Source of the DNA: Eledone cirrhosa
Lineage: Eukaryota
Length of the DNA stretch: 64,000 nt
Assembly: GCA_964016885.1 (NCBI GenBank)
Contig: OZ024740.1
Location: 59,582,001 to 59,646,000, forward strand
Direction of reading: 5' to 3'
The translations under genes were made by a program, and so were the position numbers. The notes beneath the pieces were generated by a model that was not told the origin of the DNA, ran no database searches, and saw only the letters and a list, made by a program, of their open reading frames with translations. Shown piece after piece: positions 52,400 to 64,000 of this stretch (the first letter of the stretch is position 1; each line of letters starts with the position of its first letter).

Positions 52400-52997
52400 A
52401 TATATATATATAATTAAGTATGTGTGTGTGTCTGTGTATTACCTATAGGGGCCTACATCTTACGACCTATTTTCATGAAACTTTAGAATTTATCATTGCA
52501 CATCCTGTAATGGCTTTATATTTTGCATTTGTTGTTCAGGGACAAAATTCAAAAATACCACTTTTAGACTCAAATTTCCACTTTTTCTGCTCTAGCTCCC
52601 ACATTAATCAACCTACTTTGTTCAAATTTTACACTACGCTAGATCTGATTATTTCAAGTATTAAAGTGGCTTTATATTTTGGATTTTTTGTTCAGGAACG
52701 GCGTGACAACCGCTTAAATATTCGAAAATACCACCTTTTCACTCAAATTTCCGCCTTTTCAGCTCTAGCTCCCACATTTTTCAACTGATTTCGTTCAAAT
52801 TCGAAACTCCCTCCCCCAGCATGCCCCTTCGTCAGTCACCCGCGTTTCTCAGTGATAGAGGTCATCACCACCCTCCCCAGCATGGCCTGTGTGTGGCCAT
52901 AGATGAGTCATCGAGAAGCAGTTGCTAAGATCAACACCTTTTCATCAAAGCAGATATTATTTTACCTATCCAGGCAACGCTGGGTACTGCTGCTAGT
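52400..52997 (+). mobile_element. Non-autonomous Helitron-like element
   Basis: 3' hairpin TATCCAGGCAACGCTGGGTA followed by CTAG-T; internal duplicated segment of about 150 bp. Confidence 0.65.
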
Positions 52998-53010
52998 ATA
53001 TATATATATA

Positions 53011-53192
53011 AATCAGAATGGATGCAGCAAAAACCAATTAGAGTACTCACCAGAGTACTTGATACTTGGGGTAGTAGAGTGGGTAATATGAAAAATTCAG
53101 GACCTCAATGGCTGAGCTCCTGGAGTTTCAACAGCTAGATCTAGCTGTTGAAGGGCTGGAGCTCAGCCATTGGGGTCCCAAATTTTTCATAT
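53011..53192. mobile_element. Tail-plus-fold-back mini-element in (TA)n
   Basis: Leader gagtacttgatacttggggtagtagagtgggta; palindrome at 53086-53192. Confidence 0.85.
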
Positions 53193-53421
53193 ATGTGTAT
53201 ATATATTTATATATATATAATGATTTATCAAGACGTTTCAATGATTTTAAATTAGTAATGTTGAAATCTGAACTCAGATTAAATCCACAACTCTAAACTT
53301 GGGGAAATTTCCCCTGTATAAGGACTTCAGGATTCCAGATGTAAATTGAGAGATTCAATAGAGAAATTATTTTCAGGTTGAAATATCTTTTATAATTATT
53401 TTCACTGATTTTGAAAGATTT

Positions 53422-53677
53422 TTAACCCTTTTGTTACCATACTTCTAATCAAATACACTGCCTCTATTGTTTTAATGAATTTTTAAAATAATCAAGAATT
53501 TAGTAAAATATATAACCAACGTTTTCGTTATTAAGTTGGTGTTTAGAACATAACTTAACAAACTTCCTTATAGTGAATTTTTATGTAAAGTTTTCAGATA
53601 ATTATAAACACTTTAAAATATAGTTTTGTATTGTAGAACCAGGGCAGGATAAAGTGGATTGGTACCAAAAGTGTTAA
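53422..53677 (+). mobile_element. piggyBac-type MITE (second family)
   Basis: TTAA-CCCTTTTGTTACCA...TGGTACCAAAAGTG-TTAA. Confidence 0.75.
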
Positions 53678-54007
53678 AGTTGATTTTAAGGATTCTAATA
53701 TTAAATCAATATGAATCTGTTAATGTTATGCAATAATTTGTGTTATATGCATACCTACTTTTCTTCTTATGATAGGTCAAAAGAAATCTGAATGGTGAAC
53801 TGTTAAAAATAACAGCTGACGCTCCTTCAGATTATAACCCCTTACCATCTTATAAAAACTTGGTTACATTGATTAAAGCAGTCCTAAATGTTTACAAAAG
53901 CAACAACAAAAAATACAAGATGGTCATAAGCATGAATACCTTTGATCATAGGTCTGTTCAATCAAAACAGACCTAGGGTTAAACAACCATTTCTTCTATC
54001 TGAAATA

Positions 54008-54460
54008 TTGATTTCTAATTTAAGCACTAGGCCAGCAATTTCGGAGGGGAAAGGTAAAGTCGATTAAATCAACATCAGTTCATGACTGGTATTTTATTTC
54101 ATTGATTCCTTAGCAGGATGAAAGGCAAAATTGGCCTCAGTGGGATTTGAACTCAGAAGGTAAATAGCTGTCACTAAATACTGCAAAGCATTTTGTCTGA
54201 TGCTCTAGCGATTCTTCCAGTCCACCACTCCTACTACCTGAAATAATAGTTTCTGATTTAGTCAGAAGGCCAACAGTTTTGCAAAAGGGAAAAGTCGATT
54301 AAATTGACATCAGTACATTACTGGTACTTTATTTTATACATCCCATAAGGATGAAAGGCAAAGCTAACCTCGGCATGAGTTGAACTCAAAATGCCACAAA
54401 CCATATCTATATGACACAAAGCATGTTGTCCGACACTCTACTGATACTGCCAATTCACTG
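54008..54460 (-). mobile_element. Two tandem tRNA-derived SINEs
   Basis: Core and B-box twice. Confidence 0.8.
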
Positions 54461-55804
54461 CAATTACTCTCTGAAATAATAATGAGAAAATTCAGGTTTG
54501 GCTTCTCCATTAAGGTTTTACATTGACAGTTTAAAAAATTACAACTAAGCTATTCAGTCTGCAAGGAAAAGCTGGATTACTAGAATTATGTTGCTATAGA
54601 GCTTTAATATTACAAATTGCAAATCTTCAACATTTAATGTGTATCTCTTATCACAATAGCACATTATATATTTCAGACAATTTGTTCTTTACATTGGAAA
54701 ATACACCTGTTGTAAACAGAAATATCTTGAAATTTTTCCTCCCCTTTCTTCCTCTAGCTTTTATCTGAGTCAATAAAAAAGCCACCATGAAGTCCTCCTA
54801 GCAGCTAGAAATAGCAGTCAAATCCCTCTTAAACTATACAGTCTTGAAAAGATACATTAGATAATTAACTCTTTAGCATTTATATTATTCTATATTTATT
54901 ATTACATTTTCGTGGTAAAGGCTTTACTTTACATAATTATCTCACATGATATTGAATCTATGAGATTTTGATATTATTTATTTTGAGAACAATACCTTAA
55001 CATTAGTATGAGTGGCCAGTTATGGCTGGTTTAAACAGAAAGAGGTGAGAGAATTCTGGCCAGATATGGCTAAAGAGTTAAACTATATTATGCTGTCTTG
55101 AAAAGATACATTAGATAATTAAATTGTAATGCAGATACAGAGGGGGGGGGGGCACATGCACAAACAATTAGAATACACATCAAATCCCCAGTATTATATA
55201 TCAAAGTCTGCTGGAGCAAGTAAATGGAATTGAAAAGTTATACATACAGTCATTAAATTCAAAAACTCTAACCATCCTCATTTTACATACACTTTCCACA
55301 CTGGCATGTGTTGAATAGGTCATCACACTCTGAGACCAGCCATATCAGAGTGACCTCATCTTGTTCATACATTACATATTTGGCATAGTTTCTATGGATG
55401 GATGCCTTTCCTAACATAAACACTTTAGAGTATTTACTGGGTCAGTGTTTTTGTGACAACAACACAACCAGTTTACACAGTGACATAAAATACATTTTAT
55501 TAGATGTCTCTAAAGTTGAGAAAATTTGCTGAATTTTGCCACATTAAATGGGTTTTGTTAAAAGTATAGTTCTCATTGTCAAAGGAATAAAATTCAAAAG
55601 TCCAACAAAGGGTACAAATAAATTTCTATAGCCATCGCTGGTGGGGCCCCTATTGTGGGATGCCTGGGAGCAATTTTTCCCATTGCCCCCAGTAAATTCG
55701 GCCCTGACATCACACACTAATCCCCTAATGGGTATAACTAGCTTGGGAGGCCAAAGGAAATTCAATTGCATAATTAGTTGTCAGAAAATTGGTGTTATAC
55801 TGCC

Positions 55805-56021
55805 TTAACCCTTTAGCATTTAAACTGGCCGTATCCAGCCAGAATTTTTTCACTTCTTTCTGTTCAAATTAGCTGTAATTGACAGCTCATACTGACGTTA
55901 AAGTATTGTTCTCAAAATAAATAACATCAAATTCGATATTATGTAAGATAATTATGTGAGGTAAAGCCTTTACTACAAAAATACAATAATATATAGATAA
56001 ATATAAATGTTAAAGGGTTAA
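55805..56021. mobile_element. piggyBac-type MITE
   Basis: TTAA-CCCTTTAGCATTTA...TAAATGTTAAAGGG-TTAA. Confidence 0.85.
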
Positions 56022-56444
56022 AAAGGATATATTTGATAACATAATCCTTGATGCCCTTGACAAAATGTAATTGTTACAGTTAGAATGATATGTCTATTCA
56101 ATCAGGCTTCACCTTGAGCTAAACAGAACATCTACTAGCTTCTATAAGCATCCTTATAATCACCTCTAGTCCTAATTATGTTACCAAACAGAAACTATTT
56201 CCAAGATTTGTGAGCTGTCCATAAGCTTCATTTCATGAGTATCTCTCATTGCTTACTGCATTTTCACATCTAATTCTTTAAAAGTGCTGGTTCCTTGTCA
56301 ATCTTCCTGAAATACCATTAAACTTCTTATGTATCTTTTATTGTCATTGAATACACATTTTTCAGTTCTTATATATTACATGTCAATAAAGCCATTTCTC
56401 AGATGGCATTGGTTTTTGTGTTTCTTTATTTAAGAACAATCTAT

Positions 56445-56630
56445 TGGAAGAATTTAAAGAGCTTCAAACAAAATGCCATGTAGTATTTAGTTACAGTAAA
56501 GTAAATTATGAGTTTAACTCTCTCCTGCCGAGGTTAACTTTGCCTTTCATCCTTACAGGGTCAATAAAATAAAGTACCAGTAATGCACTGGGATAATTGC
56601 TGGCCTTGTGCCAAAAGTAGAAATAATTAT
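56445..56630 (+). mobile_element. tRNA-derived SINE
   Basis: Core and 3' end. Confidence 0.8.
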
Positions 56631-56681
56631 TACATTTTTTATGAAAGAGTCTGACTATGATTTTCAAAGAATTTTTAGGAC

Positions 56682-56860
56682 TTGACCAACTGCTTCCTTT
56701 TCATGCCAGTCACCATCAATACCTTATGTGACCTCAGGCATCAAACTGCTGTTTTCCTCTGCAAAATTCAGTGGAGTGCATCCTGCCTAAGGAAGGGGTT
56801 CTCTGCAGTGATATGGTTAATGCAGCAGGTATCACTGGCTGTTCTCAGCAGGTATCACTG
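56682..56860 (+). pseudogene. Second CRE-like C-terminal remnant
   Basis: FLFMPVTINTL...FLCKI...LRK...WLMQQVSLAV aligns by eye with 9410-9660. Confidence 0.5.
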
Positions 56861-57081
56861 TCCATGGGGCACAGACTGGGATGAAGAGTCTGCTGCTTTC
56901 TCTCCACTTGATCTTACTTTCAGTATTTAAATTTTTTCTTTTCTCTTTCATTTTTTCTTTTTATTATATTATTTCATGTATTTTCATTTCCACAAATAAA
57001 ATCTTTATTTTGAAAATAATCAAGAATGTTAAGGAATTTAGTGATACAACTAACTTTCTCATTATTAAGCAGGTGTGGGAG

Positions 57082-57300
57082 GGCGGTGGAGTGGCAGTAT
57101 TGGAGGAGCATCGGATAACATGCTTCCTAGCATAGAGTTGCAGCCCTTTACGTACTGATTTCAAATCCCTCAAAGGTTAGCTTTGCTTTCATCATTAATG
57201 AAATAAAGTACCAGTCATACACTGCATTGATTTAATCCTTCAGAGATGATGAAATAAAGTGTCAGTCATGCACTGAATTGATTTAATCAACTATGCTCCC
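57082..57300 (+). mobile_element. tRNA-derived SINE, degenerate
   Basis: A/B boxes and partial core. Confidence 0.7.
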
Positions 57301-57467
57301 CACCAACCCCATCCTACCCTAAAACATTAATAGCTTTCTGGTGCCAATATTATAAAAAGTTGTGGGTTGGCAGGATAACTTGAAGTGTTTAGTTACATCT
57401 CTTTACATTTGAGTTCAAATCGTTGAGGGCTGGTAAAAATTATACTAGCTAAGTACTGTGGTCAATT

Positions 57468-57936
57468 TACTGTATATACTCGTATATAAGCTGAGAAATA
57501 TGTGACAAAAAAAAAAAAAGAAATCGATAGCAAAATGAAGTCAGCTTATCAAGGTCAATATTTTGCTGATTTCCACCAACTTCAAAATTTTACATAAATG
57601 AAGTGCTAAAATATTTTATCTTTGAAGGGAAATGTTACACTGGTTTCGCTTTAGGCGTAAAATTCAAATTTCTTATTGTTTTTGGTATGTTTTGAATGAA
57701 TATGGCCTTTAAAACAGTTAGAAATCATTATATAACAGAATTGTGAAACAAAAACTATACTCTAAACAACACTAAATTCTAAACATTTTAAATATCAAAA
57801 TATTAAAACTTTATAAATATATTCTCCACTTATGAGAATTTCAAAACCACATGATCTAAACATAAACTGGGTTTGGATTTCTGCCTATTTCTCTGACATA
57901 AAATAGGGGTTGACTTATATTCGAGTATAAATGGTA
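57468..57936. mobile_element. Tc1/mariner-superfamily (Tc2/pogo-like) MITE
   Basis: TA-CTGTATATACTCGTATATAAG...CTTATATTCGAGTATAAATGG-TA. Confidence 0.72.
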
Positions 57937-58679
57937 ATTATCTATATTCCTTTGCCTAAATTTAAAGCCTAGTGGCTATTTTAAAAAATCAATATTAGTA
58001 TTTTGGAAGGATAGTATTGGTGTATTGGAAAAATAATAAAATCTTCAGACAAAATGCCTGGTGGTATCTAGTTACATGTGTGGCAAGTTAGCAGAGTCAT
58101 TAGAACATTGGATAGAATACTTTGTAGTATTCATTTCAGCTCTATATGCTCTCTGAGTTCAAAGCCCCTAATGCCAACTTTGCTTTTCATCCTTTGAAGT
58201 TGATAAAAAAAATGTACTGGTCCAGTACTAGGGTTGATACTTCCTTTATATCTCTCACTCCTTCTCCCTCTCTGAAAGAAATCAGCCATATTCCAACCTG
58301 GAGAAGGGATAGGCTCCACCGACTTTAGGGCACCCAAGACACACTGTATGTCACGACGACTCCATCAGTAGTTATGTGTCCATACATACATATTATTTTA
58401 ATTCTGAGTTCAAATCTATCCTGGGTCAACTTTACCTTTCATTCTTCTAACCATCTCTCAATTTTTTAGGCTTATTTCGTACGTCAGGAATCAATAGTGG
58501 TAGTTTGACATTTAAACCTTTTATTTTCTTTCTGCTCTTCTAAGCTTGTAATGCTTTCTATATCTCCTGGAATGATTCCACAATAGAACCATGTCACCAT
58601 CGTATAAAAGTTGTCAAGGATATCAATTTGTGTTTATGTCCATTTGCTACACCTATAATAAAGTGCATGCAGAAAGACA

Positions 58680-58838
58680 CGTGCACACACACAAACATAC
58701 TTATACACTCAACTTCAAACATGCATGCACACACACACACACATATATATACACAACTTCCCCAATACTCACACACATATATATACACAACTCCCCCAAC
58801 ACACACTCACATATATATATACACACACAACTCCTGCT

Positions 58839-58873
<35 letters not shown>

Positions 58874-58925
58874 CAACTCCCCCTATGCACACATATATAT
58901 ATATATATACAATTCCCCCTACACG

Positions 58926-58957
<32 letters not shown>

Positions 58958-58965
58958 CAGCTCCC

Positions 58966-59001
<36 letters not shown>

Positions 59002-59075
59002 GTATATATATATACAACTCACCTTACACACACATATATACTCACACATAGAACTACACACATGTGCACACACAA
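58680..59075. repeat. (CA)n/(TA)n compound minisatellite with recurring caactcccc
   Basis: Direct reading. Confidence 0.85.
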
Positions 59076-60025
59076 ACTCTAGCAAGGCCTTCATCAAATT
59101 TTACTGGTATGAAACTTTTCTCATCTTAGTTGCAACAAGCAACAATTTTCCATCACTGTAAATATTGTTGAATCATAAAACTGTAGGAGGGTAATACATC
59201 CTTTATAAATTCCTTTATTTAATGTTGCTATTTGATAGCATATTTTACAATCTCCATTTCACTTCATAGCTGCAGCAACATCCAAAAATTACGAGATGAT
59301 ATATAGAAGTAAGTTGACCAATATAGCTTAGAAACTTAATATTCCTCTATGCATTGAAGCATTTCACTAAGAGAAACTAGACAATATTGTAAAATATGGC
59401 TATTCTCTAAATGGAAGTTCGACTAAATAATAGTATAGTCTTAAACAAGAAGTCGTAGCAAATCATTTCATTTGAGGAAACGTTGCTTTTATTTATAAAT
59501 ATTTTCAACTTAAATCACTCAACAAATTTGACCAAAGATAAAATGTAAAATACTGACTGAAAATTATGCCACATACAAAATACACATATACATTGACATA
59601 TCTATATGATATATATTTGAACACATGCATGCCTAAATATATGTATACATACACACATAACGGATATATTTGTATATATATAATATATATTTATTTCTCA
59701 TTTATTCATGAGCAACACAGGATTGTCCCAGACCAGAAAGAAAATTAAAATGAAAGAAAAGGGCAATGGAAGAGAATCAGTGTGATGGGAGTGAGAAGGG
59801 GTAAAGGAAAATATATATATATATATATATATATTTAGGAAGGGCATCCAGCCATAGAAAACCTGCCAGATACAGTTCTATATAAGTGAGACATGGTAAC
59901 CCGATCAATCTTGCCTCAAGTGGGACAATCTCATCTAACCCATGCTAGCGTGGAAGATGGACGTTAAACGATGATGATGATAATGGTGATGATATATACA
60001 TATATATATATATGTATATGTATGT

Positions 60026-60220
60026 GAGTTCCGGGTTCAATTGGGGGTAACCACAGTAAGTAAGGTACTCAATACATTAGTATAATGTATACAATAAAAT
60101 TTAATATAGAAATGGCTTCTACAGGTCTAGAACTGCTTCATTCGAAAGAAATAATTTGAATGAAGCTATTCTAATCCTGTAGAAACCATTTCTATATCAA
60201 ATTTTATTGTGTACATAATA
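60026..60220. mobile_element. Tail-plus-fold-back mini-element next to (TA)n
   Basis: Leader with ggtactcaatac; hairpin at about 60085-60216. Confidence 0.78.
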
Positions 60221-60427
60221 TTTCATTTCATCATTTCATTTTACGTCCGCTTTTCCCTGCTTGTAAGGGTGGGACGGGAACTGATTTTGGCTTGATTTCT
60301 ACAGCTGGATGCCCTTCCTAACACCAACCTCATTTACAGTGAGTGCTGGGTGCTTTTTTGCCGTGGTGCCTACATATTTGTGTACATATATTTATGCATG
60401 CATGTGTTCAATATATATATATATATA

Positions 60428-60681
60428 ATGGTAGAACACTGGAAGGTAATATCCGTAGTGGTAGAGCACTCAGTCCAAGGGACGAGTTAGGTAGAAGTGG
60501 TTACAAAACAGTTAGTTCACCATACCGAGAACAATTGTTTCACCTTAGCGGGTCCTCAGCTCGTAATGGACATGGTTATACGGAACAGCATAAAAAACCA
60601 TGTTCATTACGAGCTGAGGATCCGCTAAGGTTAAACAATTGTTCTCGGTATGGTGAACGAACTGTTGTGTAACCACTTCTA
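60428..60681. mobile_element. Tail-plus-fold-back mini-element carrying a hammerhead in each arm
   Basis: Palindrome at 60492-60681; leader with gagcactcagt. Confidence 0.88.
60526..60563 (-). ncRNA. Minimal type-I hammerhead ribozyme
   Basis: Minus strand: CGAG-CTGAGGA-cCCgctaaGGt-GAAA-CAATTG-TT-CTCG; opposite copy at 60610-60647 (+) has GAAA>TAAA. Confidence 0.78.
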
Positions 60682-60914
60682 TATATATATATAATCATCA
60701 TCATCATCATCATATATATATATATATCATCATCATCATCATTTTACGTCCGCTTTTCCCTGCTTGCAAGAGTGGGATGGGAACTGATACTGGCTTGATT
60801 TCTACAGCTGGATGCCCTTCCTAACACCAACCTCATTTACAGTGAGTGGTGGGTGCTTTTTTGCTGTGGCACCTCCACGACCACTTTGCAGTGGAATGAT
60901 AGGGACTGAGGTAC

Positions 60915-61056
60915 CTATCATCTCATTTCTACAGCTGAGTAAACTGGAACAATGTGAAATAAAGTCTCTTGCTCAAGGAAACAACACATCACCCGGTCCG
61001 AGAATTGAACTCACAACCTTTCGATTGCAAGGCCAATGCTCTAACCACTAAGCCAT
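60915..61056 (-). mobile_element. tRNA-derived CORE-like SINE (different family)
   Basis: TGGCTTAGTGGTTAGAGC...GAGTTCAATTC...CCTTGAGCAAG on the minus strand. Confidence 0.75.
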
Positions 61057-61073
61057 ATGCCTCCATATATATA

Positions 61074-61091
<18 letters not shown>

Positions 61092-61110
<19 letters not shown>

Positions 61111-62909
61111 GTAGATTGGTGCAGTAGCATCATTGTCAACTGCTACAAAGGTAAAGGCGATGCACTAGATAGAGGAAACTATAGAGGTATAAAGTTGATG
61201 GACCAGGTCATGAAAGTAACAGAAAGAGTTATAGCACAGCTGATTAGGGACCGGGTGAATATAGACGAGATGCAATTTGGGTTTGTACCAGGGAAAGGCA
61301 CCACTGATGCGCTCTTCCTTGTGAGGCAATTACAGGAAAAGTACCTAGCTAAAAGTAAGCCACTCTACTTGGCATTTGTCGACCTTGAGAAAGCCTTTGA
61401 CAGAGTTCCACGTGCAGTAATCTGGTGGGCTCTTAGAAAACTAGGAGTAGATGAATGGCTTGTGAAAGCGGTACAAGCCATGTATAGGGGAGCAGTCAGC
61501 AAAGTTAGGATTGGCAATGAGTATAGCGAGGAATTTAGCGTACAGGTTGGGGTCCACCAGGGCTCTGTTCTTAGCCCTCTCCTGTTCATCATAGTCCTGC
61601 AGGCAATAACGGAGGAGTTTAAGACCGGATGCCCATGGGAACTCCTGTATGCTGATGACCTCGCACTCATAGCTGAATCTATGGTAGAACTAGAGAATAA
61701 ATTCCAAACCTGGAAGCAGGGACTAGAGAGAAAGGGCCTCAAAGTCAACATGACAAAGACTAAGGTCCTTATAAGTAGACGAGAAAACAGAACCCAGATC
61801 CCCTCAGGGAAATGGCCTTGCTCAGTATGTAGGAAAGGTGTAGGTAGGAACTCCATTCTTTGCCCCAAATGCAAACAATGGGTACACAAGAGATGTAGCG
61901 GGATCTCAGGAAGCTTAATTAAGAATGTAGGATTCACATGCAGCAGCTGTGCTGAAACAGCAAGCAAACAGCCACAGGAAACAAGTACCACCAATCTCTG
62001 GGAGGGCCCTGTAGAAACAGTAGACAGCTTCTGCTACCTAGGTGACCGAATTAGCAACGGAGGTGGGTGCTCAGAAAGTACAATAACTAGGGTAAGAACG
62101 GGATGGAAGAAGTTTAGGGAACTACTACCACTGCTAGCTGCAAAAGGCTTCTCCCTCAGAATGAAAGGCAGACTGTATGATGCGTGTATCCGAACAGCGA
62201 TGTTGCATGGTAGTGAGACCTGGGCGCTGAAGGTGGAAGACTTACGTAGATTAGAGAGAAACGAAGCCTGCATGCTCTGATGGATGTGTAACAGTAATAT
62301 ACGTGAACGACAAAGCATAAATGAATTGAGAGAGAGACTGAGCATAAGAGGAATCAAATGCTGCGTGCAGGAGAGGCGGTTACGCTGGTATGGACATGTG
62401 ATGCGTATGAAGGATGACAGCTGCATAAAAAGGTGCAGAGCACTAGAAGTTGATGGAAACCGCGGAGTGGGGAGACCCAAGATGACTTGGGATGAGGTGA
62501 TAAAAGCCGACCTTACCCAACTACACCTCTCAAAGTCAATGACACACGACCGTGACTTCTGGCGTCACGCAGTAATACAGGGTACCCGACCTCCCATGGG
62601 TACATGCTGAAGCATATAAACAATATGCCCCCCCCCCCCCACCGCAAGGTGGTCGTGGAGGTGCCACGGCAAAAAAGCACCCAGCCCACACTGTAAAGTG
62701 GACGTGTAGGCGCCACGAAAAAGCACCCAGCACTCACTGTAAATGAGGTTGGTGTTAGGAAGGGCATCCAGCTGTAGAAATCAAGCCAGATCAGTTCCTG
62801 TATGAGCAAGGCATGGTCAGCCGACCAGACACTGCCCACAACAGGACAACCCGTCTAACCCATGCTAGCGTGGAAGAACGGACGTAAAACGGTGATGATG
62901 ATGATGATG

Positions 62910-62910
<1 letters not shown>
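61092..62910 (+). mobile_element. RTE family A, 5'-truncated, almost identical to 15964-17765, inside (TA)n
   Basis: ORFs 61057-62280 and 62284-62610 split by one CGA>TGA change. Confidence 0.95.
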
Positions 62911-63316
<406 letters not shown>

Positions 63317-63369
63317 GAAAGGATGAATATAAAATGAAAGTGCTTTTTGTTAAAAAAGGAATTTATTAG

Positions 63370-63489
63370 GTATTGACATATGTTTCTGTAACAGACTGAA
63401 TACCTATGTATCGCTGCTTGCGTAATCATATAATGTTAGCAAGTATTCGATAGCAAATGTATAATCAGTTGTCACTTCTTCAGAGATTT
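63370..63489 (-). ncRNA. Hammerhead-like fold with long stem II; stem I not evident
   Basis: Minus strand: CTGAAGA-aGTGACAACTGA...TCAGTcTGTTACa-GAAA-CATATG-TC, then AATAAA and (TA)n. Confidence 0.55.
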
Positions 63490-63800
63490 TGGATAAATTG
63501 GATAAAATCAGAAAAATTGAAGTATTTATATTAGTAAAAGAGGAAGGAACAGAGGGGATAGTATATGAGAGATGGTAAATTAATTTACTGCTAAACAAGT
63601 ATATAATGGGTTTCTAATGAGAATACCATGAGTAAATCTAAATAAGAATTTTGGGAGTGCCAATTTTAATCTCTACTTGACCAACTGGACAGTGGACAGG
63701 GCTGGTCATTTGGTGCAGTAGTATTAATTATAAAGTGTCAATTGGGGAAGGGGGAGATTTCGATTGCTACTAAATAACATCAATGCTATATGTGTATATA

Positions 63801-63860
<60 letters not shown>

Positions 63861-63861
63861 A

Positions 63862-63956
<95 letters not shown>

Positions 63957-63959
63957 GTA

Positions 63960-64000
<41 letters not shown>

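Overview
AT-rich, microsatellite-dense eukaryotic DNA, most likely intergenic or intronic sequence from an invertebrate (the SINE, RTE and (TA)n landscape suggests a cephalopod such as Octopus; this is inference). No host protein-coding gene is supported. The window is a transposon mosaic. It holds about 12 RTE-clade LINE copies from at least 3 families, including one apparently intact 7.4-kb element (10343-17765) with a 1039-aa APE-RT ORF, a PHD-type finger inside the RT and a 3.7-kb 98-bp tandem array at its 5' end. It also holds many tRNA-derived SINEs, piggyBac-, Tc/mariner-, hAT- and Helitron-type non-autonomous elements, CRE-like remnants, and a 48-bp minisatellite built from a MITE terminus. 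The strongest hidden signal is a set of sequence-unrelated, non-coding mini-elements inserted in (TA)n tracts. They carry type-I hammerhead ribozyme folds with palindromic stem III (9 folds at 7 loci, read by eye) and occur as direct repeats, fold-backs or solo copies. They look like Penelope-like pLTR or retrozyme derivatives. All folds and alignments were done by eye, and coordinates of degenerate repeats are approximate.
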